64,000 bases of DNA, taken from Octopus vulgaris. Lineage: Eukaryota. Numbering within the stretch: the first letter of the stretch is position 1; the number at the start of each line of letters is the position of its first letter. The stretch covers positions 131,564,001-131,628,000 of the forward strand of contig OX597817.1 of assembly GCA_951406725.2 (NCBI GenBank), in the 5' to 3' direction. Below the pieces are notes generated by a model. It was not told the origin of the DNA. It searched no databases and saw nothing but the letters and a program-made list of their open reading frames with translations. Shown here in pieces: positions 30,581 to 47,897 of this stretch. Position numbers and translations under genes: made by a program.

Positions 30581-31730
30581 AATGCTCGGATGCAGTATCA
30601 GGCACTAGATCTCGTGGCTTCTGAACTTAACTGATTGGAAGTGTTATCATGTACATTGTTTTGTCTTGGTATAAAAGATGGCTACAGCAAATATTCTGCT
30701 CGATACCACAGATTTACTTGTCAGTTGTTTGACCTTAACCAGTTGAGCATGTCCCTTTGTGACTGACGATATGTGCCTCTCTGATCACGAGCAGAAGTAG
30801 TGGGGGAGCATCATAGCCATGTGTTGAGAGGAGTTCTTTGGGGTTTAGATAATTTACTTTTAGAAATATGTGTGTTTCGTTCAACATCCTTAAACAACCC
30901 ATATTTAGTTACTTAGGGACCTTTTGAGCGGGAAGGGCTACACAACCTGACGAAAATCTAACTGAGCCCCACCAGCAAGGCCAGAATAATCAGGAAAGTA
31001 TTAGATAGCTGAAGAAAAACGAATAGCATTGGTGCCGTGGTGTACAGGTACAAAGCCCGCTTCGCATGCAAAACTCCAGGAGCTCCAACAAAACCTGTTA
31101 TAAAGAAAAAATGAGAGAAGATAAAGGGATGTGGACAGAGTATGGTTTAGTCGGTGGTCAATATAGCATGCTAAAATATATACGAAGCCCAGTATACCCA
31201 TCATAATTATCCGTCTGATAAAGGGACACCAGGCACATGCATCACAACCATATGTGCGTGATATAGTGATCTCATATCAAGGTAAACTGTGCATGACCTT
31301 GCAGATAGAGCCCAGTTAAAATTTTCTTCAGGTCGAGCTGCGCATCCCCCTCCAAAGGTCCCCGAATAAGGTTTGTTTAGGTTGTTGAACGAAACACCCA
31401 TGTCTCTAGAAGTGAATTGTTTAGACCCCAAAGAATTTCTCTCAAAACTTGGTTGTGATACTCACCCCTACTTCTGCTCATAATCAGAGATGCACATATC
31501 ATCAGCCATCAAGGGATATGCTCAACTGGGTAAGGTCGAACAGATATGTGGTTTTGTGTAGAATATTTGCTGTAGGCCATCTTTTATACCAAGTCAAAAC
31601 ATGTACATGATAACACTTCCAATCAGTTAAGATCAGAAGCCATGAAAGCCACTGCCAGGTGCTCTGATACAGTACCAGTATATTTTACCCCAGTGTCACT
31701 TTGATGGCATGCACTGCTCCCTCACACTAT
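30581..31730. repeat. Two diverged inverted copies of an unclassified repeat (30581-30980 and about 31170-31660) plus a terminal remnant
   Basis: For example TTAACTGATTGGAAGTGTTATCATGTACAT near 30627 pairs with ATGTACATGATAACACTTCCAATCAGTTAA at 31601. Confidence 0.88.
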
Positions 31731-31744
31731 AATAATTATAATAA

Positions 31745-32520
31745 TACTTTGGAATATAATGCCCCGTAGAGTATCCACAGAAAGTTCGCCTCATAGGGAT
31801 AGCAAAAATTTATCAAGAAGTTTCTAGGTACTTAAAAGGCTACTGAAAATTTGTGGACACGTAAGGTTACAGGTAGTAACCCGCAACCCCCGTAAATCCT
31901 ACCAGGAATAAGACCGAACCTGAATCAAACTAAAATATCAATGATGGTGATGGTAATAATGATGATCCTGATCATGATCATGGATGATGATTGTAATGAT
32001 GGGAGAGTTGAGAATCAAGTTATTCAGCTCAATAGAGATGTTGCAGTAGCTAAAAAGATGGTGAAGGAAAGACGCATGAACCAGCTCCAAATAAAGCACA
32101 ATATTAGACAGTGAGGATACAGGTAGTTAATGAGGCGTTCAGGCAAATGATTAAAGTAGTGTTAGGTAATAGACCCCATCAGAGAATAAACCAATGCCAG
32201 TAGGACAGGCTGTTTAGATGAAAGGAAATGCTACCAACAGCTGAACATTGAGAATAAACATCAGAAGGACGATGTGCCAGATGCACGGAAGTAGTAAGAA
32301 AGATTAGTCAGACATCTTAAGCAAAGAAGTTCAACATAACATAAAGCAGACTAGCTTTGAAAATTTAAAGAGAAACGGATTGCGCAGCGAAAGAAGAATA
32401 TAAGAGTATTGCAGGTAAGAAAGTGGAAGAGATGATCAGAAAATACCAGCCTGAAAATTCCCCGGACCAAATGGTGTTCAGTGATTCTGGCTCAAATATA
32501 TTTCAGTTATTCACAATCAT
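31745..32520 (+). pseudogene. Decayed R4/Dong-like fragments (3' end at about 31745-31930; pre-RT region at about 32000-32520)
   Basis: KFPGPNGVQ*FWLK resembles WKxPGPDGVQGFWLK; VPDA and QRINQ remnants; a QKV.LIG.AKI terminal motif. Confidence 0.55.
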
Positions 32521-32974
32521 GGCTTTCGGAAGGCAAGATTAGCCTTGCCGTGTCTGCTGATAAGCAGACACGAGCTGAGGCTGTTCTGGCTGCAGGTGTC
32601 CCTGATCAGTGATCATGTGGAAGCTCATTTTGTAAGACATATTTCCACAAATCATTCTGAGTCAAGAAAAGAATAAGAATTAGCACTCAGCAATTAGAAT
32701 GTCACCAGACGCTCACAGATTGGAAATACAGTTAGTAGAAATCCTACTTTGACAATATATAGCGGGCTAGTGGAGAGGAAAAGCGATGACTTTGATAGGG
32801 AAACACTAAGTATCGACGTGGATGAACGGACTGGTTAGCCCCGGTGGACATTCGGGCCGAATGCTGAAGGCTTCTATACATAGCTTAGCCTGGTATTACT
32901 ACTAAGGGTCACTATTAGTTGGAGATGAACTGTACAAGCACAGAAGTAGTCAAATTAATGGGAAAAATCAGGTA

Positions 32975-33160
32975 AGACTCCTTTACCAACACACTCGTAC
33001 CTGCGCTTATACTCTTTCTGTGCTAGTTTTCTGTATACACTTGAGAGATAGTTAATGCTTTCGTCTTTTTTCCCACAGATTCTGCGTTTGCTCTCTAACT
33101 GAGTTTTGTCAAACTTTGCCTTTATCAGATTGGCGCTTCGGTTTCTTGTTTCAGTCAATA
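32975..33160 (-). pseudogene. R4/Dong-like zinc-knuckle region fragment
   Basis: DKTQLESKRRICGKKDESINYLSSVYRKLAQKEYKRRY parallels CR..G..ETINHIISG..LAKKEY at 37570-37660. Confidence 0.75.
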
Positions 33161-33202
33161 CCAGCTTTATTTACTTCTATCCTTACCAGTTTATGACAAG
33201 AA

Positions 33203-33376
33203 GTGGCCAGCTGGCAGGATCGTCACCACGACGGACAAAATGCTTAGCACCGTTTCTTCTGTTCTTTGCTAAGTTCCGAGTTCACTTTCCGAGGACGCCG
33301 ACTTTGCCGTCCATTATTTCGAGGTCGATAAAATTGTACCAATGGAGCACTGCAATCAATACAATCGACTTCACTC
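33203..33376 (+). mobile_element. Diverged SINE A
   Basis: AGCTGGCAG head and GACTTTGCC..GGTCGATAAAAT body. Confidence 0.7.
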
Positions 33377-33389
33377 AACATTGGAAACA

Positions 33390-33846
<457 letters not shown>

Positions 33847-33855
33847 ATTTATTAC

Positions 33856-33963
<108 letters not shown>

Positions 33964-35429
33964 CATTAAACTCATTAAAATATCGATGATTAAAGTAAAA
34001 TACATGTACAAAACAATTTTTTTACAAACTGATAAATAAGATAAAAAAAATTGTCGATTAATCTACAATTAATTTTTCACTGTTTTTTTCTTTCTTCATT
34101 TTCTTACTAATTAACCGAACATTGAAATGAAGGTAATCTCCCTCGATCTCTTATCTTTCATCATATTAATCTTGCTTTCGTTTTTCCCCTCTTTTTCCCT
34201 TTTCTCTCTCTATTACTTTCTCTCCAAAATCTCTCTCTCTCAATATCTGTCACCCTTTCTTTCTCATCCTACCTCACCGGCGTTTCCATTCAACAAAACT
34301 GTTACCCACCAAAACCACCACCACCACCACCACCACCATCGCCGCCACCGCCACCACCACTACCGCCGCCGCCACCACGGATGTAACTGCAAGATCATTA
34401 TCATCATCATTATCAGAAACAACAACACTGCCAACAATAGTATAGAAACTAATAGCCTACACCTACCTAACGATGGCGATGGCGGCTAAAACTGTTGGAA
34501 ATCGTAGCCGGTTCTATATGAAATTTCAACCCGCGTCCTAAAATAACGAGTTACAAATTGCATATTACTGGAATGTCTTTGGAAATAAGTCTGTTTGATC
34601 CTGGTTTCTTGGGGACTAAACTAACACCACCACCACCACATACCAAAACAACAACAACGTCTCGTTGAACCAAGCTGACCAGGTGGGTTAACAAGGATGT
34701 TTATAATTCTCACAACGCTATGAACCCCGCACCATTGCCTATATTACTGTTACTTTGGTATACAAACCCCAGGTCTACCATACCATTACCATTCAGCCAG
34801 TGGTATTCCTACCAGAACCGCCATTCCTACACCACTGCCTCAATACAATGGTATTTGCCAGCACGGTTTTGCCATCATTAATTCTATTCAAATACCAGAC
34901 ATACCGACTTCTCTCTTGAAGACAAGCAAATTATAACAGAGTGTGAGGCGTTTTTGAGGACATTTAATTATCTGTATATTATTTTCTTCAAACTAATGGA
35001 AAGATTTGTATTTCTTTCAGGTACCCCAGATAAATTGCTAACACAATGAATGAAAATACATACAATCATTGTCGAAATATATACAGAGCGCAGTGATTTA
35101 GATATTGTCAAGTTTCTAAATGATGAGAGATTTCTTTGCACACAAAGTTTGGATGGAATTAAAAACCTCCATCAATATATTTAAACCATATCACAAAAAT
35201 ACATGTTCTAAACACTCGGAGTCTATAAGAAAACCGCAACTCGTTAAATGGTTTTAAATCATTATCCCGGAAAATCAATGAGGGTCATCACTTCAGTGGT
35301 CGGAAATGACAACCTGAGCTGTGGTGCCCGATGCAACTCGTATGAACAAGTACTGAGTTGAAGAAAATTCGTGTCTGTGAAGACATGAAAATGGTTTGAT
35401 TTTTACCAAACTAGGTAAAAGCTCTCATA

Positions 35430-36085
35430 AACATGGCATGCTTTGGTTCTTCTATTGCATATAATGAATCTTTATTCAGCTGACTTGGTCAGTGAATCCT
35501 CTGCAACGGAGGACAATCGACGGCCAGATGAGCTGCCACTGATCGCACTATCCCAAAGTGTGTATGTATGTGACCGGGGACCACATGTGAACTTGTGTTC
35601 ACAATGAAACGTCGAATATGGACTCTGTACCTCAACAGCGAATGACGACCACGGCTACGGCACCCGCGCTACTACAACCAAATATCAGAACTGGTCAGTA
35701 TTCGTGAGAGACATGGTGAAATCGATAGTCAGAGCCGGTTCAAACCACCCCAGATGAATTCCGCTGCAAGTACAAGTAAATATTGGTAGCATGCTACTGG
35801 CAAAAGCCAAACGAATCTGTAATCTACATCACCGTTGTGATCACCGTTGCTCGATGTTTCTCGTCTGCGACTGATATATCTGTGCTTTTAGACTCAGTCC
35901 GTCCTGCTCCATGTTCGAGTGGTCAGCATCTTGACCGGTTCCCCCACTAGGGTTGCTTGCTACTCTTGTGAAGAGGGCGTCTGGACGTCCAGCAGGATTA
36001 AATTTAAGACCTGCCAAAGAGTAGATGAGCTCTATGTGGCCTAATGGCCATCCGACAGTGGATGGCAAACAGCAAACTACCATAA
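35430..36085. mobile_element. Decayed LINE 3' fragments (RTE-like), convergent
   Basis: Plus-strand piece ends GATGAATTCCGCTGCAAGTACAAGTAA (short-repeat tail); minus-strand piece has an LGHI motif. Confidence 0.4.
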
Positions 36086-36670
36086 TATTTCCGCCAAGAA
36101 AACATTCTGAGAAAGTCAGAACTAAGTAACGCTATAGTTCTATCCCACGGAAGAACTTGAGCTTATTCAGGTAGACTCTGTTTAGCATCAACAACGGCCA
36201 TAAGACGATTGTTCCAGTTAATTTGCTTTTGGTGATGTCTAACAGGAAAAATAAATGGTTATATGCAGATACATTTGATGTCTCCTTAGGGATGCACAAA
36301 AAAGTTTCCAGCATCTGGGATGGTTTGTATGTGTGGCGAGAAACAACAGTCGTGTGATGTCACCTAACGTCTTTCCGCAGGGTCTTAAAATAAATGGATA
36401 CGTTGAGGGCTGAAGAAATTTCATTTGATAAATTTTCGGATGAAGTACTTAGTAGAAGGTCATCAACATTCCAGCAAGGCTCAGCGTCTTCTCACAAAAC
36501 CCACGCAACACAAGAATTGATGGCAGACAATCTTTACGATCATGTAGCACCAAACTTGTGGCTTCGAAATTTGTCAACTTTAAATCCCATACAGTTCTAT
36601 ATTTAAGAGATGAGGAATTATGTACATTATTTACATTTGACAGATATTCGTCCTCATCTTGTTTGTTGTT

Positions 36671-36718
36671 AACATAACGTTTCGGCTGATATATACCCTC
36701 CAGCCTTCATCAGGTGTC
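36671..36718 (-). ncRNA. Minimal hammerhead ribozyme motif within a module at 36594-36775
   Basis: GACAC-CUGAUGA-A-GGCUG..CAGCC-GAAA-CG-UU-AUGUU; palindromic AACGUU; one stem I mismatch. Confidence 0.7.
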
Positions 36719-36786
36719 TTGGGGAAATTTCAAACCTGGGTTCCCATTCCTAAGGTATTTGTCGATATTTTTATTATTATCAATAT

Positions 36787-39180
<2,394 letters not shown>

Positions 39181-39698
39181 TCGTCATTTGCGTGAGTGTG
39201 TGTCCTGTAAATTTCACTTAGTTTTTACAACATTGATGTGTATGTGTAGTACTATGGATATCAAAATGTATATATGATTGTGTAGACATTCGAGAGTATG
39301 CGTAATTACTCAATTTATGTACTCACTATTTTTTTTATTTTGGTCAGTTTCTATTTTATAATTTGTAAACTTTCCGGTGTTGATATCGCGCGTGTGTTTC
39401 GCACATGTTTAACTGGGACACCGTGCGTAGGAGAAACTACTTTGTATGGCAGTCAAATTTCGTTTTTTTTCTCAGTATCTTCGTTAAAAGGCCGCTTCCT
39501 TCAGGTCTTCCTCAGGTTCCTTTATCTAATTCCATCGATGTTATTAGATTAGATTTGTTTTTGAATGGAGAACCCGGTTTAGTGCATCCATGTTGTTCTT
39601 ATTACATCCATGTTGTTGTTGTTGTTTTTATAACAATAATTATTTTTTATAATAATAATTATTTTTATAATAATAATGATTATTATTATTATTATTCA

Positions 39699-39768
39699 CA
39701 TGGCGTAGCGGTTAAGAGCGCGGGCTACTAACTCCAGGATTCCGAGTTCGATTCCAGGCAGTGACCTA
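39699..39768 (+). mobile_element. Isolated tRNA-like SINE head between ATT/AAT repeats
   Basis: A box TGGCGTAGCGG and B box GAGTTCGATTCC; no intact acceptor stem. Confidence 0.65.
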
Positions 39769-39964
39769 AATAATAACAATACCAAATATCTTATTAATGT
39801 TTTAATGCAATCCCTAATAATATTTATTTGTAAAAAAATAACGAGAACTTCTGCCCCAAATAGCGGCGTCCCTTATTGAAACAATATTGTGAGGACCTCG
39901 ATTAGTTTCCCTTTGAACAACGCTCCAAACGTAATAATCCATGGGATTAAAATTTGACAAATTT

Positions 39965-40083
39965 TTTTTAAAAATCGAATTGTTATGAGGCTTCACCCGA
40001 AGAACATATAAATTAGAAGCGTCCACCCGAGTCATATAAAAATCAAAAAAGTACATAGGTAAGAAAATGGTTGGGAACCACTG
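39965..40083. mobile_element. hAT-type MITE, one end only
   Basis: Ends GGTTGGGAACCACTG (reverse complement CAGTGGTTCCCAACC). Confidence 0.6.
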
Positions 40084-40793
40084 GCTTAGATGATGTCTAA
40101 AATGAATAAGGACCATTTAGTGCGAACATGTCATTAGTATTGGTCCCGCATCGAAACAGTTGCCGAATTTTGAGGCGAATTCATAAATAACCTCACGAGA
40201 AAGCTTATCGAAAAGAATCGCATTGATTTTATTAAAATGTATTCGGTTTTTCTGTAGATTAAAGTTCTTTTATCAAATAACCAAACGTGTCCTCAAATAC
40301 CTCTCGCACCTTGTATAGTCTATCCCTCACACATCCACTTCACCGCCCCTACAATTATTTAGACCGTTATTGCTACTCCCATCAGTACCACTACTCAAGA
40401 CCAACACAACACCATGCCACCGTCACCATCACCATCGCCATCACCAACATCATCAACACTATATTTCAATAAATTCTCACGCTGGCACATTTACTAGCAC
40501 CACCGTCTTCACCACTACCACCACCACTGCCAATATCAGCAGCAGCAGCACGACGACGACCACCACAACCACCAGCACCAGCACCAGCACCACCACAAGC
40601 ACCATCGCCACAGGCACCATCACCACCACCACTACTACCACCACCACCACCACCAACACCACTACCACCATCACTACCACCATCACCACTACAAGCACCA
40701 CCACCACCACCACCACCATAGCAGTCACTAGCACCATCACCATCACCATTAAAACCCCCACCATGACAGCTGCTCTCACCACTGTAGTAGTAA

Positions 40794-40846
<53 letters not shown>

Positions 40847-42678
40847 ATGCCGTGACCCAGTCCTCACTAAACCTTAGCGCAACCCTTCCCTAATCGATAT
40901 CTTGTGGCAAGAGTGGGGAATCGAAACTAATTAGTTGATTCCAGTCGATATTGGTGTATCTTATTGGAATATTAAATAGATTAACGACACCCGTGGCAGC
41001 AGCAGTAGCAGCAGCAGCAGCAGTAGCAGCAGCAGCAGCAGCTGACTAAAGATGCTGAAAACTTCGTATAGACAGAGGTGTGGGTAGAAGAAGGGGGAGA
41101 GAAAGGAGCAAGAATTGGAAGAAGAAAAGACAAAGAAAGAAAGAAGAGGAGGAAATAGGAGAAGGGGAGGGAGCAGGACGAAAAGAAGAAGAAGAACGGT
41201 AACGGTGTATTATGAAAATATTGTGTGAAAGGGAGAATAAGAATTGAATTTGTATTAAAGAACGTTGGCTGATTGTAGAGGTCAGAAACTGGAAATGTTT
41301 GAAACAATAAGGTGGCCGACACGGCTAAAGGCATCAGTTGATGTTAGATACAAGAAAAGACACAATCGAAATTGGTATTGGGAATGTGATGGACGGTGAT
41401 AGAGGTAGAAATGGCGATATGAGGGTCAGCCGTATGTTTAGCATTGACGGGGTAAAAAGGTCAACTTGTTTTCGGTGGCCACCATCGTAATTTAAATTAG
41501 CAACGGAGGACTTTTGCCTTGCTTTTCTTCACGAGTGCTTTGACATAGGGAGACATCATTTGAGGTTGGTCAGGTTTTTATTCTATTGTGTCTATTTTGC
41601 CACAGAATGAATATAAAGGAAGACGGACCTCTGAATGGATATAAAAGCATGGTATATCACTAACTGTGCAGATGCCTGGCCCAATGGTTAGGAAGTTGCT
41701 CGCATGATTGGGGTTTCCAGGACCGGACGGTGTGTTATATTATTGAGCAAAATACTTGGTTCTATGATACTCCAGACAACCTCGCGGTAAATAACCGATC
41801 TTGCAGCTGATTGGCGTCCCGTTCGTGGGCCGTGCTGTCAATTAAACGCTGGTTACCGGTTTCTAAGAGTCCCAGGACTATAGACAATAATGTCCAGAGG
41901 ACTTACCATACTTTTATATCACCAGCTGTTTTATTGGAAAAAAAGTATTTTGTGCAGATTAGCGAATTCCTACTTAATTTTATGTCATTCACAGAGTGCA
42001 TAGAAGCAGCCGGTGAACCGAAAGGCAGTGAGTCGTGAAGAAATAGATATTTCGAGTCAGTGATCTTTGCTCCGTTTCTATAGTGGATAACTTAAAGAAG
42101 GAATAAAAAAAAACTATGTCGCTACAACCAAGCTTTATATATATGTGTGTGTGTGTGTGAATGGAGAAATCAGTCGGTTCAGTGGAGCAGGATCCACTTT
42201 AGTAGCGGTTAAAAGGAAAGATTGATCGGATAGCACGTCTATCGATTAGAGATTGCAGAGTGCATGGGAGAGTGACTTCGTGCCGATAGCTGGATTAGCC
42301 CTTTAGGGTCGAAGCTGTTTGTAATGTGTAGCTGTAAGAAACGTTTCAAATCATGGTGCAATACGTTTCACTTCTGGCTCTCCTTTCATATTTGCAATTT
42401 TTGCGAGATGCGATACATTCTGGCTCGCAAGTGGAAGGCCAGACTTTGTGATGTAGTCTTTATAATGTGGAATGTGAAATCATAAGAAGAGAACCTCAAT
42501 GACGTTCTGGTTGAGTGTTGTTCATGTTTGTTTCATGCGGGTTGGTATAACATTGCTTTCATGGTATATGTAGTGATTGTGTATTTCCATTGTTGAAGGA
42601 GACAAGATTAACATGGCGGCTCCGTTAGAGAATGTTTTCAGAATTTCTCTTCATGAAGTCTTTACGGATTTGACGTAA

Positions 42679-42940
42679 GGCGCGGGCGTGGTTGTGTGGT
42701 AAGAAGCTCCCTTCTGAACCGCATGGTTCCGGGTTCAGTCTCCCTGTGTGGCACCTTGGGAAAGTTTTGGTGTGATTACGGTCCCGTAACATAGCGGTTT
42801 GTCAAATGAGACTGATGGAATATGTAGCAACCTTAAAAATGAAAACAAATACGTACAGGGGTTGATTCATTTCGCTAAAAATTCTTCATGGTGGTGCCCC
42901 AGCATGGGGGCACCTTAATGAGTGAAACAAGTAAAAGATG
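42679..42940 (+). mobile_element. SINE B, internally deleted
   Basis: Family B head and tail, central part missing. Confidence 0.82.
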
Positions 42941-43389
42941 AATAACTGTTCATCTTTTATATATATATATAATGTTCACATAATAATATGTATGCATGTA
43001 TGTTCACATAATATACATATATATGTATCTGTACACATACATACGTATGCATATGCACACACATACACATTCATGTAAAGTTAGGTTTAACACATTCATG
43101 TGCATTCGTATGTAATAAGATGTGTCACTGCACGAATAGTCCAGGAGAAAACCATTCTCCTCTTCGAATTATTTAATAACGTATATGTGCGTAACTTTAT
43201 TAGATCTTCGGTCACTGCTTTCTTAGGGCTCTCCGCTTATTTGTGTGTGTGTTTAACTTGTAACCTTTACTTGTTTCTGTCATCAGCTTCGGCAATATTG
43301 AATGACTGACTGAATGAATCAACACCCATACTCATTTTTAAAATTTCAACCCTGACACTTATTCCTTCAGTTTCTTTTAAGGAAATTTA

Positions 43390-43620
43390 AGGTGACGTAA
43401 AGACACCAACAATAGTTGTCAAGCGGTTGTTGAGGACACATGCGCGCGTGCGTGCAGCACACAGACATATACAAAAGATTCTTTAAGTTTCCGTCTATCA
43501 AATCCACTCACAAGGCTTTGGTTGCCACCCCACAAACTACAATAGAAAACGCTTGCCGAAACTGCCACGCAGTGAAACTGAACACAGAACCATGCAGTTG
43601 GGTAGCAAATGTTTTACGAC
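43390..43620 (-). mobile_element. Diverged SINE B
   Basis: TTTCCGTCTATCAAATCCACTCACAAGGCTTTGG is the reverse complement of the family B body. Confidence 0.75.
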
Positions 43621-43630
43621 TATATATTTA

Positions 43631-43770
43631 TATATAAGCATGTGTATGTGTGCGTGCGTGTGAGACTGCGTGTGTGTGCGCATATATGCATATATATGTA
43701 TATATAAGCATGTGTATGTGTGCGTGCGTGTGAGACTGCGTGTGTGTGCGCATATATGCATATATATGTA
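43631..43770. repeat. Perfect 70-bp tandem duplication
   Basis: 43631-43700 is identical to 43701-43770. Confidence 0.95.
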
Positions 43771-43845
43771 TATATATGCACATATATATATGTGAGTGTG
43801 TGTGTGGCATATATATATATATGTATATATATATATAGATATAGG

Positions 43846-43979
<134 letters not shown>

Positions 43980-43982
43980 ACG

Positions 43983-44051
<69 letters not shown>

Positions 44052-45403
44052 AATTAAGGACTGAACACGAAAAGTGGACAGTCAACATGCTAGATATAGA
44101 CGTCAAATCGTCATTCACCACAAAAGATTATGTTCTCAGATCAAACTCAACATATATATATATATATATATATGGCAAGAAAGAAAATGGAAAAAAGATT
44201 TTCTATTTTGCTGTAAATATTAAGAGTAAACAACTTTTTACTCCCGCCCATGTATGACACTTGATTTCATTTTTGTGTAAATTAGACGACAGCTTATACA
44301 CTTCACCCTGTATAAAAATATACACACGCGCGCGCGCACGCACACACACAAACACATACATATATATATATACATACATAGATACAGTCACACACATGGG
44401 AATACCACTTTTCTGGAAAATGAAAGAATGTTAAAAACAATGAGAGAATATGAAAATGGTTTGTTTGAGACTAGATACAATACCTTATATATAACGGATG
44501 AAAAATGAGAAGTGGTGGCGTTTATGATTTTCCAGAGGAACAAACCAATCTAAATGATGTGAAGCCCCCTCAAATGGAAATGAAATCCATCAAAGGCACC
44601 ATATTATTTAATGTTAACTTTGAAAGGCAAAAACAATATCTTAAGATCAGAAGAAATAAAGAATGAAAGAATACGAGAATGAAGGAATATAAGAATGAAG
44701 GAATCAATTGAAAAGAAAACGCTTAGTAGAAGAAGGAATAAAACTAAAATAAAGAAAAGAATACTGTTTGGACGAATGAATGAGAAGAAGTAGAAGAAAA
44801 AGAATTAATGGCCAAACGCAACGAAAAAATAATAAAAAACAATGTTTAAAAACACAAAAAAGAAAATATATATTGTTTTTCATGAAGTCTATAACTGGAT
44901 TCCTTTCTTCAGGGACCATTTAATAATTCTTTCTTTTGAAACAACAAGATTAAAAACCCGAAGAGAAGTAGATATATATAAAAATATAGAGAAAGAACAC
45001 AGCTGAAAACATGGCCGCCAACATAAACAAGTTTAATAGAAAGGAAAAACACATAACTTATATCCACCACCAGCACCACTACCACTATCACCGCCGACGC
45101 CACCAGCATCACCACAACAATCACCACAACCACGAAGACGACAAACATGACCACGACTACAACCACAACGACGACCACGACCACCACCGCCACCACCGCC
45201 ACCGCCGCTGTCTCTATTAGAACCTTCGAACGTTTCGCCTCTATAGAAGCAGTTTTGATCTGATTAAAATAGCTCAATGTTTTCGCCATTCAATTTGTTG
45301 TTTCTCGTGGTAACATTCCATACGTGTTGTGTGTGGCATACATGTATATATATATATATATATATAGATATACACACACATCACACATACATACATACAT
45401 ACA

Positions 45404-45490
<87 letters not shown>

Positions 45491-45643
45491 AGAAGTGTCA
45501 GGGTGTAAGAGCCGTTACATTGTGTTTTATTGTAGGGATGTTAGGGTGTTAGAGTGTAAGGGGAGTTACATTGATTAATTCTCCCATACTCTAGCTGGCT
45601 TCTTCGATCAGTTGGGCTTGCGTCCTCCATTTTACTTTCTTAA

Positions 45644-45708
<65 letters not shown>

Positions 45709-45803
45709 TATATACATGTATATATATAGATGCACACACATATATATACACACAAGTATATATATACATGCATATATATATATGTATATATATTTATGTA
45801 TAT

Positions 45804-45849
<46 letters not shown>

Positions 45850-46070
45850 GTATATATATATACATATTTATACATATACATTATATTTGCATATACATAT
45901 ATATGTACGTGTGTATGTATGTATATATATCTATATCTATATCGATATATATATATATATATGCATTTATTTACAAGTATACACATACGCACACGCACAC
46001 ATATTTATATTTGTACATATATACTTTTATGTATATATATATATATTATATTCATATACATATACGTATG

Positions 46071-46136
<66 letters not shown>

Positions 46137-46225
46137 CATACATATACATATATATATATATATATACATACATACATGCATATATATATATATAATATAT
46201 ATGTATACATCAATCAAACCATCCT

Positions 46226-46327
<102 letters not shown>

Positions 46328-46602
46328 TATATATATATATGTATGTATGTATGAATGTATGTATATATTAATTTATATATTTATTGAGAACGCAAAACAA
46401 AATACACATGTATATATACTCTGCATTACGTACTCATTTGTGTTGCCCCCGTTTATAAAAACTAACTGACACCGTCTCCCCCTGTACTCTTCTCTCTTCT
46501 CCCTATTCTATCACCCCTTCTCTTTCTCCCACTGCACTTTATCTCTCTTGCTCTCTTTACGTGTGTGTATATATATATATATATAAATATAAATATATAT
46601 TA

Positions 46603-46638
<36 letters not shown>

Positions 46639-47330
46639 TGTATGTATGTATGTATGTGTATGTGTGTGTGTATGTGTGTGCGTGTGTGTGTGTGCCTAAA
46701 TCTAAAAAGCAGCAAATAGCTCTTAAGAAATGTGTAAAACAATACATTGCTCATAACATATATTCAATGATCAAGCTATAATGGACGAACTAAATAATCA
46801 TCGTAACTACCAACGCATTCTCTCCATTGCTACACACTTGTCACTGCGTATATGACTTCTTGTTTTCATAAGTCTATAATACAAATTTACCAACAAGCTG
46901 AATCTTTGGACAAATATCTGAGATATGTTGCCATGTCTCGGCCAAAGATTGGCCCAGGCCATATCTAAAGCACCACCTGATAGGATTTGTTAAGTCATTC
47001 TAAAAACAAAGTTTTCTGGTATCATACTATTCAAGTAAGGAGTTATTGACTGAGATGTAAACAGGTATGCAATAACCACATTGATTTTTCCGGCTTCATA
47101 ATCCATAACGTTTTGTATTTGATGAATTGCGACGTCCTTACAGTGTTCGAACGCTTAAAATGTTTTTATTTTATTTTTCTCATTTACAGTTGATACATTC
47201 TTGTTAGAGGCTTCCACTCCTATCTAGGCCACTGGTTCCCAGAGTGGGCCGTATTGCCCCCATCCCCCTGGAGGTGGTGGAAAGTTTCAAGGGGGCGTTG
47301 GAGAAAAGTGGAGTGATAATGGAGTAGCAA

Positions 47331-47450
47331 TTCATGTAAATATTGGGGCAATAATGAGGAGATGATTCATATAAATATCGGGGCAATAATAGGGTGGGTT
47401 TCATGTAAATATTGGGAGAATAATGGGAGGGGGATGATTCAAGTAAAATC
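47331..47450. repeat. Minisatellite, unit about 35 bp, x3.4
   Basis: Units of TTCATGTAAATATTGGGGCAATAAT.. Confidence 0.85.
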
Positions 47451-47704
47451 AACAAAATAATGGGTTCATTAGGCTAAGTTTCCTTTGTGAAATACAATTG
47501 CTTTGAATTTGCTTCAGAAAGAGGACTGGGTAAGCAAGGAATGTGGTCTGGGTGTCAAGGAGGCAGAAGCTCGAGAAAGTTTGGGAACCGTGAACTAGGG
47601 CAGTCGGTCGGCGTGCGCAAGTCAGTCACTATCATTTACTGTTGAACTACTCGTTTAAAGCGGCCGCTTTCTAATCAGATCAGAGTTATCTCTTTCTTTG
47701 GTAT

Positions 47705-47747
47705 CTCCTTCTGATGAAGTGTAACGAACCAGAAATGCATGTAGGAG
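47705..47747 (+). ncRNA. Decayed hammerhead-like motif
   Basis: CUCC-UU-CUGAUGA-A..GAAA-UGCAUG-UA-GGAG; stem II is poor. Confidence 0.4.
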
Positions 47748-47897
47748 TCCAAGAGAAGTACCACTGCGCTGAAGATTCTGTATTCACGCCTTTTACCATT
47801 AGCGAGAATTTTTTCTCTACGGTAAACTTCAGGGAAAATCCCACCTAGAAGTTAAAATGTGTCACAAACATATTTGAACTAATCAAATAATTGGTAC

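Noticed and set aside
32764-32870. HDV-like ribozyme from GGGCTA/TAGCCC pairing
   Set aside because: No P3/L3 with the required pyrimidines before the 3' P1 strand
39699-39768. Functional tRNA gene
   Set aside because: A and B boxes are present but the acceptor and anticodon stems are incomplete; the same applies to all SINE heads
42150-42660. Penelope RT/GIY-YIG remnants here and at about 21960-22100, 47040-47310 and 55350-55750
   Set aside because: Only vague motif resemblance by eye; needs a frameshift-aware protein search, although proximity to hammerhead motifs makes some plausible
47331-47450. CRISPR-like array
   Set aside because: Degenerate tandem units without unique spacers, in eukaryotic context
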